Shown: piece by piece, positions 53,573-59,070 of the stretch
Position numbering within the stretch: the stretch's first letter is position 1
How the letters are laid out: each line of letters opens with the position of its first letter
From: Candidatus Binatia bacterium
GTDB taxonomy: Bacteria > Desulfobacterota > Binatia > UBA9968
Assembly: GCA_036407055.1 (NCBI GenBank)
Contig: DASWZY010000128.1
Location: forward strand, 1-59,070
Length of the DNA stretch: 59,070 bases
Direction of reading: 5' to 3'
Made by a program: the position numbers and the translations under genes
Notes under the pieces: generated by a model
What the model saw: the letters and a program-made list of their open reading frames with translations, nothing else
The model's database searches: none
What the model was told of the DNA's origin: nothing

Positions 53573-55558
53573 TCACCGATGGCGACCGGCGAGTTTGCGG
53601 ATGGCGCCGCGAATCGAGCGGCGTGAAGTGAAAAAGTTTGCCCACGGGTCCTTGCGCAGACCCTTGAGGCGCTTACCTACGTTGAGAAGTGTGAAGTCAC
53701 CGGAACCGCCGACGTCGTCGAGATCTTCCCAGCGGAGCGGCATCGATACCGGCGCACCCGGCCGCGCGCGGGTAGAATAAGCCGCGACGGCCGTCGCGCT
53801 GCGGCCATTGCGCAGGTAATCGATAAAGATTTTTCCCGCGCGTTTCGCCTTGGACATGTTCGTTAGGTACCTGTCGGGGGCCTCGCGCGCGACGCTCTCC
53901 GCTACCATCTTGGTAAATTCTTTGGCGTCGTCCCATTGAACCTCAGGGACAATGGGAACAACGACATGCAATCCTTTGCCGCCTGTAGTTTTGACGAATA
54001 CCTCGAGCTCCAATGCCGCGAGGCGGCGCCGCAAAAGCCGCGCCGCCTCCACCACTTGTTTCCACGGCAAACCGGCGTCCGGGTCGAGGTCGAAGATGAG
54101 TTGATCCGGCATCTCCACCCGCTCGGCGCGCGAGCCCCACGTATGTATTTCGAGCACGCCCATTTGTACCAGCGAGATGAGACCCGAAAGCGAATCGATC
54201 ATGACGTACCGGCCCGAGCCTCTGCGCTCCTTTACGTTGATGCGCTTGAATGATTCCGGAAGATTGTCCTCGATGTGTTTTTGATAGAAGCACTTCAGGT
54301 AACCTTCCGGACAGCGCACCATCGTGAGTGGGCGCGACGTAACGTGCGGCAAAATCCACTCGGCTATCTCTTCGTAGTAGCGAGCGACGTCCAGTTTTGT
54401 GATGCCTATTTCCGGGTAAAGAACACGCTCGGGATTGCTGAGCGTAATACCGGCAATGGTTACGTTACGGGAGTTTTGCCCGGCTTTCGTCGGCGGCTGC
54501 TCCGGCAGCTCGCGGGCTATCTTTTGCGGCGATTTGTCTTCACGCAGCCCTTTGAAAGACGGATGGCGCAACATACTGTCGCGGGTCCAGCCGGTGAATT
54601 CGATTTCCGCCGCATGGCGGGGCCGCACCCAGTGAACGCCTTCGCGCCGTGGAAGCCGCGGCGGATTGATGAACGGCGGACTGGACGTTTCGATCTTCTC
54701 CAATCGTGCGCGAAGATCCTCCAAAGAGCGGCGGTTGAACCCCGTGCCAACCTTGCCGGCATAAACCAATTCGCTTCGTTCGTTGTTCACGCCGAGAAGC
54801 AGCGCGCCTAAGCCCGTGCGCGAGCCGGAAGGCTCGGTAAAACCGCCGATCACGAACTCCTGACTCGCATGGCATTTGATCTTGAACCAATCGCGCGCGC
54901 GGCCGGCGCGGTAGACCGAATCCTTGCGTTTGGCGATGATGCCTTCGAGGCCGCTTTGACAAGCTCGCCGATGGAATTCCTTCCCGTTGCCGGTCACGTG
55001 GTCGCTGAAACGAATCGCAGCTGCTTTGCCCCGACGGTCTTCGAGCAGCGGCGCCAGAAGCGTTTTGCGCTCGACCAGCGGCATCACCCTCAAATCATAA
55101 CCGTTGCAGAAAAGAAGATCGAAAACGTAATAGACGAGCCGATGGGTCTCTTTTTGGCCGAGCGCTTCCTGCAGAGATTGAAAATTACTCGACCCGTCCG
55201 ACTCCAGAACGACGATCTCGCCGTCGAGAAACGCTTCCTTCAATGGAAGACGCGCGGCGGACGCCGCCAAGTCGCCGAACCGTTCGGTCCAGTCGTTTCC
55301 TTCGCGCGTAAAGAACCGCGCACGGCCGTCTTCGATCCTGCACAGCGCGCGATAGCCGTCGAATTTGATTTCGTAGAGCCACTCTTCGCCCTCGGGAACG
55401 ACATCGATCAGCGTTGTGAGCTCGGGCTCGACAAATGCGGGCAGCTTCGCGGCGCCAGCGACCGGATGAGGCTTGGTTGCCGAGCTTGCCGATTCTTTAC
55501 GTTTTGATGTTCGCTCGCCTGGCTTGCGCAGTTTTCGCGCCACGCTTCCACCCATCAT
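53573..55558 (-). CDS. ligD: DNA ligase D, two-domain form (ATP-dependent ligase + primase-polymerase; no phosphoesterase domain seen)
   Basis: Ligase motif I LYEIKFDGYRAL. Polymerase-domain strings GITLSNPERVLYPE, RPLTMVRCPEG, LIFDLDP, VKTTGGKGLHVVVP, IFIDYLRN. Confidence 0.9.
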   Translation of the reverse strand: MMGGSVARKLRKPGERTSKRKESASSATKPHPVAGAAKLPAFVEPELTTLIDVVPEGEEWLYEIKFDGYRALCRIEDGRARFFTREGNDWTERFGDLAASAARLPLKEAFLDGEIVVLESDGSSNFQSLQEALGQKETHRLVYYVFDLLFCNGYDLRVMPLVERKTLLAPLLEDRRGKAAAIRFSDHVTGNGKEFHRRACQSGLEGIIAKRKDSVYRAGRARDWFKIKCHASQEFVIGGFTEPSGSRTGLGALLLGVNNERSELVYAGKVGTGFNRRSLEDLRARLEKIETSSPPFINPPRLPRREGVHWVRPRHAAEIEFTGWTRDSMLRHPSFKGLREDKSPQKIARELPEQPPTKAGQNSRNVTIAGITLSNPERVLYPEIGITKLDVARYYEEIAEWILPHVTSRPLTMVRCPEGYLKCFYQKHIEDNLPESFKRINVKERRGSGRYVMIDSLSGLISLVQMGVLEIHTWGSRAERVEMPDQLIFDLDPDAGLPWKQVVEAARLLRRRLAALELEVFVKTTGGKGLHVVVPIVPEVQWDDAKEFTKMVAESVAREAPDRYLTNMSKAKRAGKIFIDYLRNGRSATAVAAYSTRARPGAPVSMPLRWEDLDDVGGSGDFTLLNVGKRLKGLRKDPWANFFTSRRSIRGAIRKLAGRHR

Positions 55559-55619
55559 CCACCAATCGTCGGTAATCCATCGACCGTTGCAGGGTTAACG
55601 CCTCGCAACTTCACGGCAA

Positions 55620-55886
55620 TTACTTGCCGCCGTGTTTCGTCGGCGCCGAGCGGTCCTTCGGCTCCGCGCCTAACGCCCGCAGCGCGTTCAGCACGACATC
55701 TAGCGTAACCGACTGCGGCCCGCGCATGCTCTCCTCTTCGGCAACCTGTAGCTCGCGAACATCGTATTCCCATCTTTGCAGGATTTGAATTTTCTGGCTG
55801 CGCGACAACTCTCTACTATGCAACACGTCGGCGGGGTTATTAAAGACCAGCGCGGGATCGAGCAGCGCCTTGTCAAAATCGATCAT
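55620..55886 (-). CDS. Small conserved hypothetical protein (88 aa)
   Basis: GAGGTG SD before ATG 55886. The longer track ORF (to 55991) has no SD. Confidence 0.5.
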   Translation of the reverse strand: MIDFDKALLDPALVFNNPADVLHSRELSRSQKIQILQRWEYDVRELQVAEEESMRGPQSVTLDVVLNALRALGAEPKDRSAPTKHGGK

Positions 55887-56094
55887 CTTTTCACCTCGAT
55901 GGCTTTTGCAAACACTATTTGTGAAACACTCTTTATATTTATACGATTTAAGATACCATTCGCGGCCTTGAAATATCAGTCGGATCGCCATTGTTTACGT
56001 GCCCCAGGGAAAGACCCCAATTGAAGCCGTGCGCGAGCGGCCTATCTTGTAATCGAGGTTAGGCGCGAAATTACCCCGGAAAGGAGGATCAGCC

Positions 56095-56265
56095 ATGCTG
56101 AACTGGGCGATAACCTTTTTGATTATCGGCCTGATTGCCGGCGTACTCGGATTATCGGGCGTCGCCGGCGCCGCCACGGAGATCGCTTGGATATTGTTCG
56201 TTGTCTTCATGGTGTTGTTTTTGGTAAGCCTCATCATGGGACGGCGCACGCCTCCAGTCGCATAA
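56095..56265 (+). CDS. DUF1328/UPF0391-family small membrane protein (56 aa; absent from the ORF track)
   Basis: My own translation: [66 protein letters not shown] upstream. Confidence 0.8.
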   Translation: MLNWAITFLIIGLIAGVLGLSGVAGAATEIAWILFVVFMVLFLVSLIMGRRTPPVA

Positions 56266-56502
56266 GAATCCGGCGGCGTGAGGAGGGTTGCTCAACGGTG
56301 CTGAGGTCAAGTTACCGGCGCGCTGCGGAAATCGAATACGTCAACGCCGCCGATCAACTTTGAGGGATGCTTCTGCCTGAGCGAACTCGCATGTCCGCTA
56401 CACAGGTGGAAAGCGAAGAGCCCAAGCGAAAACCAGGATAAGGCCGGATAAAGATTAGTGTTCGAAAATTTTTCGCGCGATGCATTCGAGGTCGCGCGAG
56501 AT

Positions 56503-56546
56503 AAAAAAAACGGGCGATGGCCGTCGGCCTCCCGCCCGTTTTTTTT
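56503..56546. terminator. Bidirectional rho-independent terminator
   Basis: A8-CGGGCG-ATGGCCGTCGGCCTC-CGCCCG-T8. Lies 15 nt beyond the stop of the minus-strand Ser-rich gene. The A/T runs are symmetric. Confidence 0.75.
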
Positions 56547-56560
56547 AACCGACACTTCGT

Positions 56561-57367
56561 TTACTGATTGGCGCTTGACCCGCTCGATGAAGACCCGCCG
56601 CTCTTCGAGCTGCGTCCTGAGGCGCCTGAGCTGCCCGATGAGCCCATGCCGGTGCTCGATGAGCCGCTCGAAGAACCGCTCAAGCCTGATGAGCTGCCGG
56701 AAGAACTCGAGCCGGAGGAGCCGAGGCCGGAGCTGGAACCGGATCCCGAGCTGCCGAGGCCGCTCGAATCCGACGATCCGCTGCTCCGCGAGCTTTTGGA
56801 TGAAGAGCTTTTGCCGGAGCTGGAAGAAGAGCCGCTGCCGCTTACGCCGAGCTTCTCTTTGGTTTGATTGTCGAGCGTGCCGGACGCGCTGAGCCCCTGC
56901 TGCTGCTGAAAAGCCCGCAACGCTTCTTTCGTCTTGGGGCCCATGACTCCATCGACGGGGCCTGGGTCTTGTCCCTGATCCTTCAGCGCCTGCTGCACCT
57001 TCTTCACTTCCTCGCTGCCTTTCGCCGCTCCGGTGGAGTGGGAAGACGACATGCCCGAAGACGTATCGGAGGAGGAGGACATACCCGATGAGCTGCCGGA
57101 TGACGACATGCCGGTATCGCCAGACTGGCTGGTAGACGTTCCCGACTTACTGGCGGAGCTGCGGCTGGTGCCGGCCGCTCCGCTCGTCCCGCTTTGATCA
57201 GCGCTCGACCCGTAAGTTCCACTCTGGCTCTTGCTGGAGCCGGGGCTAGTCGCCGAGCTGCCGCTGGATTTGTCGGACGAGCCGGTCTGCGCCCAAACCG
57301 GCGCGGCCCCTATCACGAGCGCTCCCATCAGCACAGCGGCCGATGAGAGCCACTTAGAATACAACAT
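56561..57367 (-). CDS. Secreted Ser/Gly-rich low-complexity protein with a central peptidoglycan-binding (PG_binding_1-like) domain
   Basis: Signal peptide MLYSKWLSSAAVLMGALVIGAAPVWA after AAGGAGGA. Central VKKVQQALKDQGQDPGPVDGVMGPKTKEALRAFQQQQGL. Both flanks are almost pure S/G/T. Confidence 0.75.
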   Translation of the reverse strand: MLYSKWLSSAAVLMGALVIGAAPVWAQTGSSDKSSGSSATSPGSSKSQSGTYGSSADQSGTSGAAGTSRSSASKSGTSTSQSGDTGMSSSGSSSGMSSSSDTSSGMSSSHSTGAAKGSEEVKKVQQALKDQGQDPGPVDGVMGPKTKEALRAFQQQQGLSASGTLDNQTKEKLGVSGSGSSSSSGKSSSSKSSRSSGSSDSSGLGSSGSGSSSGLGSSGSSSSGSSSGLSGSSSGSSSTGMGSSGSSGASGRSSKSGGSSSSGSSANQ

Positions 57368-57538
57368 ACTGCTTCCTCCTTTCAGGAGTTGTCTATGCGC
57401 CTGCTCGCACTTTCCGTCAAAATTTTTGCGCGCCAACGGAGGCGAGAAAACCGCCGCGCCTATTTAAAATCCTGCGGACGGGCCGGTGCCTTGTCAATTA
57501 AGGGAGATACTTGAGAAGGATGAAGATGCGCCGCCGGC

Positions 57539-58531
57539 TTACAAATTACCTGCGGCTTTTAAATAAAGCGGTGTGCGGGTAGGGTGGAGGATAACCGCGG
57601 GCGGCGCGCCGGGCGTCGGCGTCGGCGAGAAGAACGTCTCCAGTACGTTCTCGGTCGATAGAATTCCGGCGCTGCCCGCGCCCTGGTTAACCACGACACC
57701 GAGAACGTTTCCTGCAGCATCGATCACGGGGCCGCCGCTCATGAAATTGGCGATGGGGATGCCCCATCTCGTTCCGGCGGAAATACCGTAGGCCTGCCGA
57801 ATCTCCGGGTTGTCGTAGATGTCGCGGTTCCACGCGAGATAGGCGCGGCGTTTTTCTTCAACCAGATTCAAAAATCCCTGGGTCAGGGCGAAATCCGGAC
57901 CTGCGGCATAACCGGCGACAAAGACCTTTTTCGGCGGCAGAAGCGGCTTGAATTCGGGAAGCGATTTCCCGTCGGTCTCGCTCCGAACAGGTTTGGTAAA
58001 ATCATTTAGCGGCCAATAAGCAAACTGCGCGGCGGTCGTTGCCTTTAGGCGGGCAATGACGAAGTCCTTCAGTCCGACTGTCTCTTCGAGCGTTTGGACG
58101 TCGCCTTTGATGGAATCCGCGAGCCGGAGATACGAAACGATTTCGATCTCGTATTCTTGGCCGTTGTTCTCGGCGCGATACTCGATCTTGGGGTGCTCCT
58201 TCGAGCAATCGAGGGCCACTGAAAAACCCGCGCTCGCTTGATTGTTCCCGAGGCAATATTTCATAACGTGATAGGCGGTGACGAACAAGCCGTCGGGCGA
58301 GATGAGAAATCCCGAGCCTATCGACGAGCGCGCACCGTGCGCAGTGGGATCGCGGCTTTGCACGAGAATCTTTATGCTTCGCGCGCGCGCATCTTCCCAG
58401 CTAAAGTCGGCGCCTTCGGCGAGAAACTCCTTCGCGTCGGTGAGGGAACTGCCTAAGGCTTGAAGAGGATTGACAAGGAGAAGAGCTAGCGCACCTGCCG
58501 AAACGATCTTTGGCAGCGAGTGAAATCTCAT
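57539..58531 (-). CDS. Secreted trypsin-like (S1-family) serine protease
   Basis: Signal peptide. GSGFLISPDGLFVTAYHV (His), DFVIARL (Asp), FMSGGPVIDAAGNVLGVV (Ser). Confidence 0.7.
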   Translation of the reverse strand: MRFHSLPKIVSAGALALLLVNPLQALGSSLTDAKEFLAEGADFSWEDARARSIKILVQSRDPTAHGARSSIGSGFLISPDGLFVTAYHVMKYCLGNNQASAGFSVALDCSKEHPKIEYRAENNGQEYEIEIVSYLRLADSIKGDVQTLEETVGLKDFVIARLKATTAAQFAYWPLNDFTKPVRSETDGKSLPEFKPLLPPKKVFVAGYAAGPDFALTQGFLNLVEEKRRAYLAWNRDIYDNPEIRQAYGISAGTRWGIPIANFMSGGPVIDAAGNVLGVVVNQGAGSAGILSTENVLETFFSPTPTPGAPPAVILHPTRTPLYLKAAGNL

Positions 58532-58657
58532 CCGGTGAATACCTTATTTACATCACCGGCAACAAAAGCGCCAGAAAAAAATCGCGGGCGAAAAAACTTG
58601 CGGGAATAGGAAAGCTTGGCGCGTTACACGAAAGGTGTTAGGTTGCGAGGTTCAGCG

Positions 58658-58752
58658 GGAGAAGGAAGCTGCCCGGTGGTGGCGCTGGTCTTCAAAACCA
58701 GTCTGGGTATCGTAAGGTGCCCGGAGGGTTCGACTCCCTCCCTTCTCCGCCA
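58658..58752 (+). tRNA. selC: tRNA-Sec (anticodon UCA)
   Basis: 95 nt. 8-bp acceptor stem GGAGAAGG/CCTTCTCC. 6-bp D stem GCTGCC/GGTGGC with a 4-nt loop. Anticodon stem CTGGT/ACCAG with loop CU-UCA-AA. 7-bp variable arm GGGTATC/GGTGCCC with a GTAA loop. 5-bp T stem GAGGG/CCCTC with loop TTCGACT. Discriminator G and encoded CCA. Confidence 0.93.
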
Positions 58753-58775
58753 ATGAACTTTTTAACGGGTGAACT

Positions 58776-59069
58776 TCAGCGAACGGGCTTGTCGTCCGCG
58801 GGAATTTTTTTATCGGCTGCGGACATATTCTCGCCGGCGGTGGAGAGCTTATCTACGGTAGCGGGGTTTTGGTCCTGGTTTTCTGCGTGGGCGGCATTAA
58901 ACAGCTTAAAGCCACCCCAGCCGAACTCCCCGATCGCCTCCCCCGTGCGCGCATCGTAGAGGTCGATCAACATGTACTTATCGGGGTGCCCTGCCAGGTA
59001 GTGCGAAAATACCTCGACAAACTGCTCCTGATGCTCGAAATCCGCCTTCGTGAACCCTTCCCCTACGTA
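58776..59069 (-). CDS. Hypothetical protein, 5' end beyond the window
   Basis: Frame is open from the window edge (…YVGEGFTKADFEHQEQFVEVFSHYLAGHPDKYMLIDLYDARTGE…) to TGA 58776-58778. No family recognised. Confidence 0.4.
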   Translation of the reverse strand, partial: YVGEGFTKADFEHQEQFVEVFSHYLAGHPDKYMLIDLYDARTGEAIGEFGWGGFKLFNAAHAENQDQNPATVDKLSTAGENMSAADKKIPADDKPVR

Positions 59070-59070
59070 G

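Noticed and set aside
56568-56867. 99-aa plus-strand ORF rich in Pro/Glu/Leu (…PELPDEP…)
   Set aside because: It is a mirror image of the Ser/Gly-rich minus-strand gene (AGC/GGC repeats read antisense). It has no SD and runs into the terminator.
1-59070. Search for CRISPR arrays, IS elements, transposases, integrases, rRNA and prophage or defence-system genes
   Set aside because: I saw no spaced direct repeats. No ORF has transposase, integrase or recombinase motifs. There are no rRNA-like stretches and no recognisable defence gene signatures (Cas, restriction/modification, toxin-antitoxin). Absence is judged by eye only.

Overview
High-GC bacterial chromosomal segment. I saw no rRNA, CRISPR array, transposase or integrase, and I cannot assign a lineage from sequence alone.

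(1) Bases 1-36411 are an almost gap-free, co-directional (+) exopolysaccharide (EPS) super-operon of about 28 genes. Many junctions overlap by 4-20 nt.
- Assembly and export genes: ExeA-like ATPase, BY-tyrosine kinase, initiating phosphoglycosyl transferase, Wzy/O-antigen-ligase-like protein, Wzx-like flippase, three GT4 and two GT2 glycosyltransferases.
- Tailoring genes: three SAM methyltransferases, two AsnB-type amidotransferases, two FemAB/CelD-like acyltransferases, a CE4 deacetylase, a NodU-type carbamoyltransferase, an AlgD-like nucleotide-sugar dehydrogenase, a heparinase II/III-like protein, and an LLM-oxidoreductase / adenylation enzyme / carrier protein / GNAT cassette.
- The gene mix resembles PEP-CTERM/exosortase-associated EPS loci, but no exosortase, Wza or Wzz lies in the window.
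- Unexplained parts: a tandem pair of about 570-aa polytopic membrane paralogues, and a secreted module of about 440 aa that occurs twice (472-aa protein at 19343-20761; N-terminus of a convergent 850-aa multidomain protein at 36392-38944).

(2) 39018-44935 holds a soluble HEAT-like histidine kinase, an atypical LuxR-type response regulator, a GT-C-like membrane protein and a GtrB/ArnC-like GT2.

(3) 45099-55886 is a minus-strand block.
- One tightly coupled run: TPP enzyme, rhodanese-CBS, metallophosphoesterase, nucleotidyltransferase-like protein, NDH-2.
- Further upstream: Ku, an orphan protein, hemerythrin, DUF2231, DUF3309, a two-domain LigD and a small conserved protein.

(4) 56095-59069 holds a DUF1328 mini-protein, a bidirectional terminator, a Ser/Gly-rich peptidoglycan-binding protein, a trypsin-like protease, a canonical tRNA-Sec (selC) and a partial ORF.

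The most notable single observation is an in-frame TGA inside the rhodanese active-site loop of the rhodanese-CBS gene. A GC-rich hairpin follows it and selC lies about 10 kb away, so it is a candidate selenocysteine codon.

All family assignments come from motif reading by eye. No searches were run.
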